Source of the DNA: Nemertoderma westbladi
Taxonomy: Eukaryota; Animalia; Xenacoelomorpha
Reading direction: 5' to 3'
DNA: 64,000 bases
NCBI GenBank assembly: GCA_032718475.1
Contig: JAUCBJ010008172.1
Span: forward strand, 9,601-73,600
In this document: piece by piece, positions 12,325-25,008 of the stretch
Numbering within the stretch: the first letter of the stretch is position 1
How the letters are laid out: every line of letters begins with the position of its first letter
Notes under the pieces: model-generated
Databases searched by the model: none
The model's input: the letters and a program-made list of their open reading frames with translations, nothing else
Told to the model about the DNA's origin: nothing
Made by a program: the position numbers and the translations under genes

Positions 12325-13485
12325 TGTTTGCGCTTTTAAGACCTTTGACAGTTTAACCTGCCAAATTAGGATGTCTTTTGGATGATATATATTCTTTAGC
12401 TTATGACGAGTATTTGATACACTACATTAGCCGAAGCCAGTCTATGCGCAATCATTCACCCGCTGGATATACCCGGGAGACTGAATTCGGAGCTTAATGA
12501 TTGATGGTGTAAGCCTACCGTATTATTCGACTGATCGTAATATATAATCTCTGACAAATATTATTCACTTTCGGGAAATATTAACAGTTCCTTTAGGACG
12601 TGGCGCTCTAAATATATAAACAGAGTTATGGCTTAAACTAGACACAACGAAAAGGCTATAGATTTACGTATATGGCGCATTCTTTAGGAGATGCTTTGTT
12701 ATCAGTTACAATCATACACAATGCTGCACAATACTGCACACTAATCTGCCGACCTTCACTAAATTTGGTCACGTATAAAGAGAGCAATATATGTCGGGCA
12801 TATGAAATAGCATTAGATTCACTTCAAACCACTTAACATAGGTCGCAATCGTTTATTTGTAACCGGTCTCTCTAACCTTTAGTATATCAAGAAGGTGGGG
12901 TATCTGACTATTGATCAGTATTCCGATATAATATTTCATCAACCAATATAATGAATAATCGACAGTAAAAGCAGTAATATTAGTAAGATATGGTAAGTAA
13001 GTAAGATATGAATTGCATAGAATTGGTTTGATAAGATTGATAACAGATATACGTTCTATAATTAAGCCTACTAATGTAAAGCTAAAGAATGCTGATATAC
13101 GGAGGTGCCAAAAGCCGATGTTCTTAGGCTCTGGGCAAAAACATAACACTGAACTACTGAGTTCTGTATCCACCTCCAACACAGAGACAAAAAACGCTCT
13201 GATTGGTCAACCGAACAACGAGAGAACAAAGAAACAAAGAAATGTCGACGTGGCAATATCAGCTGTTAGCCGTCGTCATGGTAGCGACACTGTTTTCAAG
13301 AGTATCGAGCTTATTGCGTCCCGAAATTGCGGATTATGTCCTCTAAAGTACAAATACAGAAGAAATGGCTTTTATGTCCTCTAAAACACCAGTACAGTAA
13401 GGACACGGCCTTTTTATGCCCAGTAAACCAACTACAGAGTACTTTACGGGTAAAATAACCAGCTAATTACGCAAAAGCTTTTACA
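12325..13485 (-). repeat. 3' LTR of E2 (1161 bp)
   Basis: Direct repeat of 23715-24888, differing by two small indels and a few substitutions. Confidence 0.95.
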
Positions 13486-13511
13486 CCGCTCCCAGAAAAT
13501 GGGATTTAAGT

Positions 13512-13848
13512 CTATAAAATATAACAAATCACAGTTTCTAAAATATAAAGATACTCTAAACAGTTAGTCTTTCTTACGCAGACGGCGTTTACGCAGTTTT
13601 TTGAGGCTAGCAAGAGTCCTTTTCTCTTTGGGGCGAGCCACTTTACTAGGAGGGCTATAAATCCTGGGTGAAGGGTGCAATATGATTGCATCAGAAGGTG
13701 TAGGATTATGGTCGGGGTATCCGCCGTTTCGATATGCTTCTCCTCGAGCTGATTTTCCTCCGCTCGTAGCTGGATACGTCCATCCAAAACTCTCGCAGAG
13801 AATGGGGTTGTCTAAGTTCGATACCTTCTTAGAGATTCCGGATTTCAC
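13512..13848 (-). CDS. Possible small ORF(s) before the PPT of E2 (two overlapping open frames, one with a basic C-terminus)
   Basis: Both frames are also open in the E3 homologue (~45551-45890); no recognisable domain. Confidence 0.3.
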
Positions 13849-13955
13849 AATCGAACTGAGATAAAGACAATTCGTTTATCGCTTGGACTTGCTGTTACAA
13901 CTTACGTTTATCTGAACAAACGCAGGTTTCCTTTCTGATCTTTGTAGAATAGCGT

Positions 13956-15086
13956 TTAACTCGTTTGGTACAACGTTCTCCGCCACTCTGGTGACAGGTT
14001 ATATCGTGTCAAGCCGGGACGATGGTAAGGGTTAAACGGCGATATTAAATGTCCGCGTCCCAATCCGGCTAGGTAGAATGGGCTAATATCTAGGAAGCCC
14101 ACAACTAGGGTGCCACCGACTAATTGTTCAGGTAACACTAGATCTTTGAGCAGTGAGTACAGCTCGGGAGGATCCGTCATACTAATAGGATCAAGAGTCT
14201 GAAGTCTCACTAGGGAATGAGGAGTTCTGATCGAGTATTCCGAAACTCTGATCATTGGTTTATTTAAGGATCGTCTGAGTCGAACGAGCGTAGGTGATAC
14301 ATCGAACAAGTTTCGCTCGAAACTCCCGTAAGTATAGCGAGTAAAACCGTGTTTAAAGCAACGTCTCCGCGGATGTTTATGTCTTTCCGTTTGTTGGTTG
14401 GGTCTTGGGCATTCATCGCAATAATACCCAAAAACGTACGTCTTGTAGGGGAAACGCGAGTGATCTTTCTCCAGCTTACAATATTCCTCCATCCGTTCGA
14501 AGCTATTCGGTACAACAGGTAGCGGTCGATCGGCGGTAAGATACATCATAGGGGAATAGAGCCGTTTGAGTTCTACCATGCGGTCATGATGTATACCTTG
14601 AGGATATCGAGTTTCTAGATTTTGTTGACTGGCAATATTGAGATATGTTTCTATCAGGAATTCCAGATAATCGTTGAAGTCGCTGCGTTTATCCGGCTCC
14701 TCAACGTCTTCTCTTTCGAGTCTGTTTCGAATAGAATTCTCGTGTTCCATTCTCGGTTTATCGTTCCGCCTCCGCTGGGTAGGATATTTCAATCGTACCA
14801 TTTCCCTTTTGGTGTCGACATTGTCCGTATCGTGTAAATCGATAGGATGACCAGTAGTTAAGAAGTCCACATACGTACCATTACGATGCGTATAGCGAGC
14901 GGTGAATTTCTTATAGTCCAACTCACACGTGAGCTGCTCTTGGGACATTGGCGGTTCGATATAACGACCATCGTCCTCCGCAGCAGTTGGACCAGCGTCG
15001 CCGTGTATCAAGCTATCAACAAACGCTTGTAAAGGTAGAGTATATCGCTCCCTGATACCAAGATCATCTTCTATCAACTCAATCAT
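13956..15086 (-). CDS. Orphan 376-aa ORF in the env position of E2
   Basis: Same sense as gag; degraded homologue in E3; CxxC...C..H cluster; no signal peptide or clear TM segment. Confidence 0.65.
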   Translation of the reverse strand: MIELIEDDLGIRERYTLPLQAFVDSLIHGDAGPTAAEDDGRYIEPPMSQEQLTCELDYKKFTARYTHRNGTYVDFLTTGHPIDLHDTDNVDTKREMVRLKYPTQRRRNDKPRMEHENSIRNRLEREDVEEPDKRSDFNDYLEFLIETYLNIASQQNLETRYPQGIHHDRMVELKRLYSPMMYLTADRPLPVVPNSFERMEEYCKLEKDHSRFPYKTYVFGYYCDECPRPNQQTERHKHPRRRCFKHGFTRYTYGSFERNLFDVSPTLVRLRRSLNKPMIRVSEYSIRTPHSLVRLQTLDPISMTDPPELYSLLKDLVLPEQLVGGTLVVGFLDISPFYLAGLGRGHLISPFNPYHRPGLTRYNLSPEWRRTLYQTS

Positions 15087-16718
15087 ATCTGCTATATAAA
15101 TTTATCCATATTATAATGAGTTTATATTTAGGCGAGCGGGCGTCGCTGCCTACCCCTCTCTGCCCCCGGACAGTGCGAGATCCTCAGCGCTGGTGTACTT
15201 TCGCCGAAGTGCCTATCGCCAATGTCGTAGCTGCACAACGACTACAACAACCAGAACGAGCCACTCCACCGTCCGTCCCAAAGGCTTAGATATACTTCAG
15301 GTTCTTACTGGAGAGTTAGGGTTACTTTCACAATTGCGACTCGCTACTGTAAACACACCTTAGTAGTAACATTCACCTACAAACACACAAATTCAACACA
15401 ACTGCAACAAACTGCACACATTCGGGCCATTTGTCCGTTAGTCAGTACCTTCCAGAATGTCACTGTATTTATTATGTATCCTTGGATACTAGCAGTGCGC
15501 TATTTATTCCCTATGCTATTCAATGGGGCATGCTTTCTATTGTTCTTTTAACTCACTTCTAATTCTAGCGTGGTTGTTGCCATGGTGACATTATGGAAAG
15601 CTAGCGGTAGAATTAGGGTAATTCTCATGCATACAGATCTGGGATGCTATTTAATAGTAATTCTTTAATGGTCAATATCCCCTTTATACATGATTCTATG
15701 AATTTTATCGGCTATTGACTATACATTGGAGATTCTCGCACACAAATACACTTAATAGAGTGAATCTCTGCTCCCATGATCTATTAATTAATGGAATTTT
15801 GGGAATGTTATAAATTGTATAAAATGACAATTTATTAAATTCATTGAAATATCTGAATTTAAATTTATTCCCGTAAATTTTATTATTTAATGTTAAATAA
15901 ACGTAATGTTATTCCAGAACGTGTCTGGGGACTGGGATCCTGGATTCTAGGAATTTTGTCTTTTTAAGAGTATCGGTAAGTGCTACGATATCTTAATCGA
16001 CTAGAATGTTAAAGGATCTAAAATTTGACAGATTTTGTAAATATTAATAATTAATATTTAGGATGGGCACCAGTTTATTCCAGAACTTGTCTGGGGACGT
16101 TAACCACTGATTCTAGAATTTTGTCTTTCAAGTATATCGGTGGGTGCCGCGATATCTTAATCGACTAGAATTACAGATGGTCAAAGGGTTTAACAGATTT
16201 ATTTTGCGTTATACGCTACTGTTAAAGGGACATCACGCTACTATATGTATTATTTAATATACGGTATGAGAGCAATATCGCACGAAGCAATGTCAGTGTG
16301 AAGAGGCAAGTCGTTTCCAAGGTCTACCCAGAGCTTGGTTTAGCCGAGACATGAGGATCTGAACTTTGCATTCCTAATACTCTGCCTACCAATAATACTT
16401 AAATATAGTAGTGGCTTTATTGTACTTTAATAAGTACGGATATTTCATCTTACTGTAGTCACGTATTTATAATATGATACGGACAGTAAGGAAAGAGAAA
16501 AATAATTATTTCTCGCCGTCGCACTAAATATAATATACATAATTAACTAATAAACGCGAATATATTGCACTAATCTACTAAATAATCGCTAAAATAACAT
16601 TCTACTAAATAAAATTAAAGAAAACGATTATAATAAAATTACATAATAATACATACATAATATAAAATAATAAAAATAAATATAAAATAATGTAGTCACA
16701 CACCCACTCCGTATGTTG

Positions 16719-19700
16719 TTACGTTATGGAGTCCCTAGATATTTGTTGGATTAGGGAGGTGGTCGTGGGAAGAGTATCTTGCCTTCCATAGTTTCCGGAC
16801 AGTTTTCGGTCTCTTTCCAGTAAACATAAACGACCAGCTGGGCGATTGAGTGGTTGTGTTACTTTCTCCGCTCCCTTGGCCTGTCTAATCTTCGCCGGGT
16901 TAAGATGGGGAGGCCATTCATCTTCTTTACTTAGGAAGTCGGGTTCACCTAACCAGTCTGGAGTATCTGTAAGTTCTTGAGGAGTTGCTCCTCTGGAGGC
17001 GATGTCGGCTAGATTGATCGTCTCGGGGCAATGTCTCCGTTGATCTACATTGGAGTTGATGTCGTCATTATCTGAGGAGTATGGTGTTCCCTCAGTTGGG
17101 TCGTCAACTTCACTGCTCTCCACTTCCCGTTCACTTAATTGATATACCTGTTCTTTTGGTAATCTTTCCATAAGAGTTCTACGAGAAGGGCCAGTAAAGT
17201 ACCAACCTACTCTAGTTCTTCCCGCATAAACTTGTAGAGGTTGCGGTTGAGCAGGCCGTTTCTCCAATGTCTCGAGCGCTTCATGCGCATTTTGACCGAT
17301 GAGTATTTGGACTCCAGGGTAATCGGTGTTGAATCTAGGTATTTCAAACTGCTGGGTGAAATCGTCCTCATCCCAGTTATAAGGTTCCACTTGGCTGGTA
17401 GCGAAGTTCTTTATCGCTAACATTTTTACTGACCTTATGCTGTGTTCTCCTAGTTCATCCTGGGGGGTGGACAACGCACCTACATAATAATCTGCGATTA
17501 CTGTAGATTTCCAAACCTGCATAATTCCTGACATGTTTAGCTTAGTTCGGAACTTGGGTTGTCCAGCAAAGATGTCTTCGGCTAGTTCTTTGTCGATGAA
17601 TGTTCCTGTACTACCGGAGTCAAGGAGGGCGTTCACTACATAACTCCTTTTAGGTCCGTGGACCCTTACCTGTACTACAGGAAATTCTCGGATTCCTACA
17701 TTGGAAGGTGGTGCTTTCCAAGATGGTTGTCTGTCAGAAGTAGTTAGGGGGGGCTCGCTGTCGGTGTCTTTTTCATACGTAAGTGCTCGATACACTGCGG
17801 TATTTGTTAGGTAACAGGATTCGTTTTCGTCGGAGAATTCGTCCGTATAGAATCCTTCCATCTCAGAATATTGGTCAGTGTCGTTCACATCACTGAATTG
17901 GACATGTAGTTCGGACTCACTTACCTGACTCGGGCTGTTTCGTTCGAATTCCGTGTGCAACAAGATATGATGTTTTGCGCCGCACTTTGCACACCTTACG
18001 TCGGAGTAACAGGTTCGCCGTTGGTGTCCTCGTCTGAGGCAATTATAACACAACCGCTTATCCCACATGACTTCATGTCTGTCCTTTAGTGATTTCCTCA
18101 GGAATTCATCACACGCACTTAAACGGTGGGGCCCGTCGCACAACACACATTTGGGCTTGATGTTACTTACTTTAACATGTGCTGTGTGGTGCACGCTCGT
18201 TCTTTCCTCGGGCTTTCTCACCTGAATTCTCTTGGGAGACGTAGGAGGAGTTTTTCTTACCTGTTCTCTCCTGTCATTGGTTCGAGACTTGAATTTACTT
18301 ACCTGTTCTTTAGGCGTTTTATTGACATAATAAGCTCTATCAGTGTCTTTCCTGCTATCCTCTCCTTGAGAAGTCTGGCTTTCGCTGTCGTCTGTATAAC
18401 ACACTGGTATTACCCTTCTCCTAGAAACGGGTTTCTCACTTACCTTGTTTTCCAGTGTCTTCTCTCTGGACTGCCTTAGGAGCTGTAATTTCACTTCTCT
18501 ATCTAAGAATGACATGAGATCAGCCATGGTAGGGTCTCGTTGTTGTTGTTCCATCATATATAACACTTTCTTGTCCCAGCGTGTACCTACTCCACCCTTG
18601 GGCAAAGTAGATGCTAAGGCTCCTACAACCATAGAATTCTGGTATTCATGAGACTTACCTAACCAATCTAGTTGTCTACAGATCTCCTGAATCTCGTCGG
18701 AAAACTCTATAATCCCGCTGCTAAGAAACTTTCGGGGCGCCATTAATTTCGCATATAAATACCTAGCTATGTTAGTCCTATTACCATACCTGATGTTTAG
18801 TGTATCCCAAACTTGTCTTAATCCATCAGGATGTCCAATAAACTTTGACGCCATTAACTTGTGAGATCCTTCCAAGCACTCGATGAGGAATCTAAGTTTC
18901 TCTCCGTTGGATAGCACAGAGTTCTGTATGTTATCTTTGTAATATTCATTAAAAGGTAACCATTTCATCTCATCTCCATTGAACTTGACTATCTCTCCAA
19001 CCTTTACCGCTTGCCGGGCTTCGGATTTAGCCATTTGACGCGTAAAACTTTCTTGGGCCATCGTGTTATTTAATATCGAATTATCGGTATAGAAATTTCT
19101 CGGATTATGATCCGGTCTATAGGGAATATCATTATCAACAGGTCTATAATTACCCTTAATAGGGTTGACTATAGGAGTTTCTACTTCGCTAGCAGTATAT
19201 ATGCGTGTAGGCTCCACACCTTGTGCATGAGATACTTCAGACCTAACAGGTTGACACATTGTTACAGGGGGTGGTGGTATACCCTTTTGAGTATTTACTA
19301 ATTTATCGCGTTCTAGCGCGATACTTTGCTGCACTTCTTGCAACTCTAATCTACTTTCCCTTACTGTGCCCTTGAATTGCTGAACGGTCTCCTGCATCTG
19401 TCCGAGCAGGAGATCCATCCCCCGTCGTCTCTCATCCACCCATTCAACCGCCGAAGCGGGATTCGCCAACGTTGTAGCGGGCGGACGAGGGACAACGGGC
19501 GACAAATCATGAATATTTCGCTCGGAGTCCAGGGCATGAACTGTCTCATGGGCTGTTCTGCTGGGCACAGGTAGCTTAGTGCTGTGCAAAGGGAATTGAG
19601 AGGTAGGTTCAGGGAGTACAGGTGTCTCTACGACCGAAAGGGTGGCTTCGGGAAAAGGCCTAATTATTTCAGGCTCATCTACTATAGTAGGGAGTCTCTC

Positions 19701-21529
19701 TATTGTAATTATTTGGTCTGTGGGTTCTATACTACCTAAGTTGGTGTTATTTAGTTGCCTTCGTACAGCTGGAGGCAAATCAGGCAATTTCTGACGGTGG
19801 GATGTTCTTTTACGTCTGCTTAGATGAGATCTATTTCCTTTGCCTTCAGTGTCGGTGGTATCGCCTTCCTCAGATGATGTATAACCTTGTCTTTTAGGAG
19901 TAGATCGATTCATCATCTGCATATTACTAGCTGTTAACTGTTTATTAAAGTTGTCTTGTCTCTCTTGAAGATTTTCCAACTCTAGTTGGGTTGTCTCTTC
20001 AGATGCCCTCCGTTCTGCTTCTGCCACTGCTATTTTTCTTTCCGCTTCGGCCACCTTTCTTTCCGCTTCTGCTGCTGCCACTTTTCTTTCCGCTTCGGCC
20101 GCCTTTCTTTCAGCTTCTACTGCTGCAGCTGCCACCTTTCTTTCCGCTTCGGCCGCCTTTCTTTCCGCTTCTGCTGCTGCAGCTGCCACCTTTCTTTCCG
20201 CTTCGGCCGCCTTTCTTTCGGCTTCTACTGCTGCAGCTGCCGCTTTTGCCTCTGCCGCTGCCGCTTTTGCCTCTGCCGCTGCCTCTGCCGCTTTTCTATC
20301 CACTTCTACCGCTTTTCGTTCCGCTTCTGCCGCTGCCACTACCGCTGCTGCTGTCTTTCTATCTTCTATACGTTTTTTCTTTACTTGTTCTTCTTGAACC
20401 TTAGCGATGCGGATGCTTTCATTGAATTTAGCTTGGTTCGCAGCTAACCTATCCACATCGATTGCATCCAACACACGCTGGGCTCCTTCACTATTAGGGC
20501 TAAGCCCCTCTAACCTTCTCCTCAACTCTTCATCACCTAAAAAACGTTGATAGTCTGACAGATAGATGTCAATGGCATCCCTCTATGCGGTTTCTCTGCC
20601 GTCGCTTCACTTTCCACTTGGGAAAAAGTAGCGTCTGTTGATTCTCCATGGGTTGAGCGCTCCTCCAGCTGAGCTTTCCACTGAGCTGTTCCTTGAACCT
20701 GGCGACTCACCCGTTGAAACCAAGTCTTTACGGCAACTTGCAACGACGTGTCTTGTCTTCTTTTAGAAGCCTCCTCAAAGGCCGATAAGATTAGCCTAAT
20801 TCGCAGAATTCTTTCTCTAACTTGATAAAGCAGTTGTCCCTGCTCTTGAGGTCCTTGAGGTTGTTGAAACAGTTGTTCTTTTACTCGCTCCATAGAGCTG
20901 AAGAATCCCTGTGCGTATCCGGCTGCGGACCTCTTCCACACAGCTGGATCGATGGTTTCCTTGGCTACTCCCATCCGGTGTATGTCTTCCCAGGCAGCTT
21001 CTGATAAATCAAACGGGAGTCCGGGTCCGGGGAAGTTCCATTGCGACTCGACCATAGACTTCAGTTCTTCCCTTGTGTATCCCTCATAACTATCTTTAGT
21101 TGATCGCTTACTTCTCGCCCAATCGATCTGGTGTTCTTCCACCGCGATCAATAACCTAGTGAGTACGGCTGCAGGAAGGATGAGAAGGGGATCCGAATAA
21201 ACCGCATCCGTCATCCTTGCTCCGCGCTCGGGTGTCAGCTCTACAGTATCTTCACTACTGGAGCTGTCGGGCCGCTGAGAAATAAGTTCTTGGCTCGCGG
21301 GTTGTTGCTGTTCCGCTGCTTCTTGGTCCCGCTTGACCTGGGCTCGAGTGCCTATGATAGACCTACGATGTTGGACTAGCCTAGGTTCTGTTATTACTAC
21401 TGGAGGGATGACTTTCCTCACAGTGGGAGGTGAACTGAATTTAGGTGTGGACGGTTCTACACCCTTATCTGAGTCGCAGATAGTTACATCTAATAAACTG
21501 TCTGACAGGTTCTGCTTAGTATCAGACAT
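16719..21529 (-). pseudogene. gag: E2 gag-protease fused to RNase H and integrase C-terminal remnants; one frameshift near 20580
   Basis: KFNGDEMKWLPF; knuckles CVLCDGPHRLSAC, CYNCLRRGHQRRTC, CAKCGAKHHILLH; protease ALLDSGSTGTFI; then RHCPETINLADIASRG and LNRPAGRLCLLE. Confidence 0.88.
20010..20355 (-). repeat. Coding minisatellite (AEAERK/AAAA coiled coil) in E2 gag
   Basis: Repeated GCAGAAGCGGAAAGAAAG units on the element strand; far shorter in E3 and E4. Confidence 0.85.
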
Positions 21530-22869
21530 GTTTGTTTGCACAGTTGAATGCCTACTGCTATATTACAGTCTAAGCAAGTCTAGTAATTCAGCCTTAACTG
21601 CTAGCCTAGTAATTAATTACCGATACTGCTACTCAGTGTAGCGTGATATATATAATATTAGAATACCGGTATGCTTATGGTATATATAAGTATTATTATA
21701 CAGACTAGGTTTTTCACAAAATACCTTTATATAATCTTAGCACAAATATATATATATATAATAGGCCTATCGTGGATACCGGTATGCAGTTTACACTTAT
21801 AGTATATATAAGTATAATTATTAACTAGAATTAATTACAGAATACCGGTATGATTTCAGCTTAAGTTTATGAAAATAAAGATAATAAGCCTATTGTAAAT
21901 ACCGGTATATCAATTATTTTAAATAATTGAATTTCTGAATTTTAAGGGTTACTTGGTTACTTTAACTTACTTTATTGCCGTTATTTAAGCAGTAGTCCAA
22001 CTGATATTGAGACCTAATTGTTATATGGCAGGCCTACTATTTATAAATCGTTTGAGTTGATTTATAATATATATATACCCGTTTAATGGGTTTTGTCAAT
22101 GTTTGAAATAAATGTTATTATTTCTGGGGGAGTCACTACACATAAGCTGTGCGCTCTCAGTGGAGTGCTACTTGTTAGACACTAAAACAAATAATTCTAA
22201 TTTACCTAAGTTACTTAATACTACAAATTACGTACAATTCGGGTTGAGATTACAATCTCTAAATAAACACAAAAATTTAATTACAAATACACAAATACAA
22301 ATTTTTAGGGTAATTTTACAAGAAGTCTACTAACCAGCCTAACAAAGGGTTAGAATATCTGGTTATTACAACGGACAGGTTACTACGGTATTTGAAAATA
22401 ATAAGTAGTAGTAAATATACTGCGTTGTCCAGATAGGAAAATACCACCGCCTGACGACCTATAACCGTATCGCTATAGGTACTACGTTATGTATCACGGA
22501 GTGTCCCTACCTAGAAGTTAATTACCGCGGTCTACCAGAACCAACGTGCCTATTAACCACTTTACAACACAAATACACTGCCTACACACTAATTGCTTTC
22601 GGAAAGTACTGTACACTAAACCCTAAATTAGGTACAAGTACTTGTATAACAAATAATTAGTAGTTAAAAATACTTGAACAGATAAAAGAACCACGGTATC
22701 TGCCGGAGTGACCAAAGCACAAAATCTCCAGTCTTTACCTACGCCGAGCAGCCCTGATGTAGTACCGGGGTTAGTTTAACTATAACGGTATGTATAACAA
22801 ACACAATTACTGTAGGAATAAACTTGGGGATATGAATGTTGCGAATAATAGCATAAACTCTGAATAATA

Positions 22870-23445
22870 AATATTACGCTACGCGTACAAACCATTCAAA
22901 CAAAATGCAGACCAAATACTAACAGACTACTATCAAGCCTAAACAAACTACGGTATATGCAGACTCCGAAATGATTAAGTAGTATGCGTTCTAACCCAGT
23001 AGTACGACTTATTCTTTAGATGGGGGTTTACCTTACAGCTATGGCTGCCCCTACTTCCTAACCGTTCTTTATCGGACATACACTCTACACACACCGAAAT
23101 TTCCTCAAACCCAACAACAGCCAGACAACTATCCAGCCTACAAATTATCTAAATAAAATTATACGCTACCCATACAGACTACACAAACAAAGTACAGACC
23201 AAACGATGGCAGACTACTATCAAGCCTAAATAAACCACAGGACATGCAGACTCCGAAATGGTTAAGTAGTATGCGTTCTAACCCAGCAGTACGACTTATT
23301 CTTTAGATGGGGGTTTACCTTACAGCTATGGCTGCCCCTACTTCCTAACCGTTCTTTATCGGACATACACTCTACATGCACTGCAATCCGTTCAGACCTA
23401 ATCAACAGTTAGCCAACAGTCAAGCCTACAAATTATCTGTACAAT
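22870..23445 (-). repeat. Two ~300-bp direct repeats in the E2 5' leader
   Basis: CAGACTACTATCAAGCC...CACTCTACA occurs twice; same duplication in E3 (~53860-54425) and E4 (~57800-58330). Confidence 0.85.
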
Positions 23446-23703
23446 CTGAGCAGGCTTACACGCCTTCTGCTCAATACTGGCCTACAAATAAATAAAACTG
23501 ACAGAAATAGGCCTAAGTAAAATCCCAATAAAAACCAGGCGTCCCCGATTAATTATTAAGACCTACCGGTATATAATAATCAAATCGAATAATACTGCTG
23601 TACCTGCTGTAAGTACCGGTTCGGATGATCAGGCAGTCAGGCCTACAGGTTTCCGGTCGACCGGTACTTTCGACTAGATTGCTTACACCGCAATCCAGAA
23701 GCA

Positions 23704-23714
23704 ATATCTGTTAT
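23704..23714 (-). promoter_or_regulatory. Non-tRNA primer-binding site of E2, complementary to LTR position 24437-24447
   Basis: Sense ATAACAGATAT abuts the 5' LTR; no TGG; the LTR contains sense ATATCTGTTAT. Confidence 0.75.
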
Positions 23715-24888
23715 TGTTTGCGCTTTTAAGACCTTTGACAGTTTAACCTGCCAAATTAGGATGTCTTTTGGATGATATATATTCTTTAGCTTATGACGAG
23801 TATTTGATACACTACATTAGCCGAAGCCAGTCTATGCGCAATCATTCACCCGCTGGATATACCCGGGAGACTGAATTCGGAGCTTAATGATTGATGGTGT
23901 AAGCCTACCGTATTATTCGACTGATCGTAATATATAATCTCTGACAAATATTATTCACTTTCGGGAAATATTAACAGTTCCTTTAGGACGTGGCGCTCTA
24001 AATATATAAACAGAGTTATGGCTTAAACTAGATACAACGAAAAGGCTATAGATTTACGTATATGGCGCATTCTTTAGGAGATGCTTTGTTATCAGTTACA
24101 ATCATACACAATGCTGCACAATACTGCACACTAATCTGCCGACCTTCACTAAATTTGGTCACGTATAAAGAGAGCAATATACAATTTATGTCGGGCATAT
24201 GAAATAGCATTAGATTCACTTCAAACCACTTAACATAGGTCGCAATCGTTTATTTGTAACCGGTCTCTCTAACCTTTAGTATATCAAGAAGGTGGGGTAT
24301 CTGACTATTGATCAGTATTCCGATATAATATTTCATCAACCAATATAATGAATAATCGACAGTAAAAGCAGTAATATTAGTAAGATATGGTAAGTAAGTA
24401 AGATATGAATTGCATAGAATTGGTTTGATAAGATTGATAACAGATATACGTTCTATAATTAAGATTAAGCCTACTAGTGTAAAGCTAAAGAATGCTGATA
24501 TACGGAGGTGCCAAAAGCCGATGTTCTTAGGCTCTGGGCAAAAACATAACACTGAACTACTGAGTTCTGTATCCACCTCCAACACAGAGACAAAAAACGC
24601 TCTGATTGGTCAACCGAACAACGAGAGAACAAAGAAACAAAGAAATGTCGACGTGGCAATATCAGCTGTTAGCCGTCGTCATGGTAGCGACACTGTTTTC
24701 AAGAGTATCGAGCTTATTGCGTCCCGAAATTGCGGATTATGTCCTCTAAAGTACAAATACAGAAGAAATGGCTTTTATGTCCTCTAAAACACCAGTACAG
24801 TAAGGACACGGCCTTTTTATGCCCAGTAAACCAACTACAGAGTACTTTACGGGGAAAATAACCGGCTAATTACGCAAAAGCTTTTACA
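23715..24888 (-). repeat. 5' LTR of E2 (1174 bp)
   Basis: Sense TGTAAAAGCTTTTGCG...GCGCAAACA. Confidence 0.95.
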
Positions 24889-25008
24889 GACTCCCGTAGA
24901 GGAGTACTGGAACTACTGCTGCTCTAAATAATCGGACCTTAAGTTTCCGATTAATTCTCGGTGACTTCCAAATCCTGGAAAGCCTATTCAAGGCTGCCCA
25001 TGCTTTCA

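Larger units (their letters stand above)
12325..24888 (-). mobile_element. Non-autonomous Bel/Pao LTR element E2 (gag-PR, RT/RH/INT deleted, extra 3' ORF)
   Basis: Near-identical TG..CA LTRs; TSD GACTC at 12320-12324 and 24889-24893; PPT-like GGGAGCGG next to the 3' LTR on the minus strand. Confidence 0.95.
11878..25008 (-). mobile_element. 5'-truncated RTE-like non-LTR retrotransposon (11878-12324 plus 24894-25008), split by E2
   Basis: C-terminal motif RLRFAGHCFRRE...DRELWR; (TAG)n tail from 11878; TSD GTATCAC at 11871-11877 and 25009-25015. Confidence 0.8.

Noticed and set aside
12853-13384. Protein-coding ORFs in LTRs (also 24250-24787, 44655-44930, 55161-55436, 55813-56424)
   Set aside because: They recur only because LTRs are duplicated and are not conserved between E2, E3 and E4
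13956-15086. env gene
   Set aside because: No signal peptide or convincing transmembrane anchor
19986-20447. Cys/Phe- or Leu/Pro-rich plus-strand proteins
   Set aside because: Antisense shadows of the gag minisatellite
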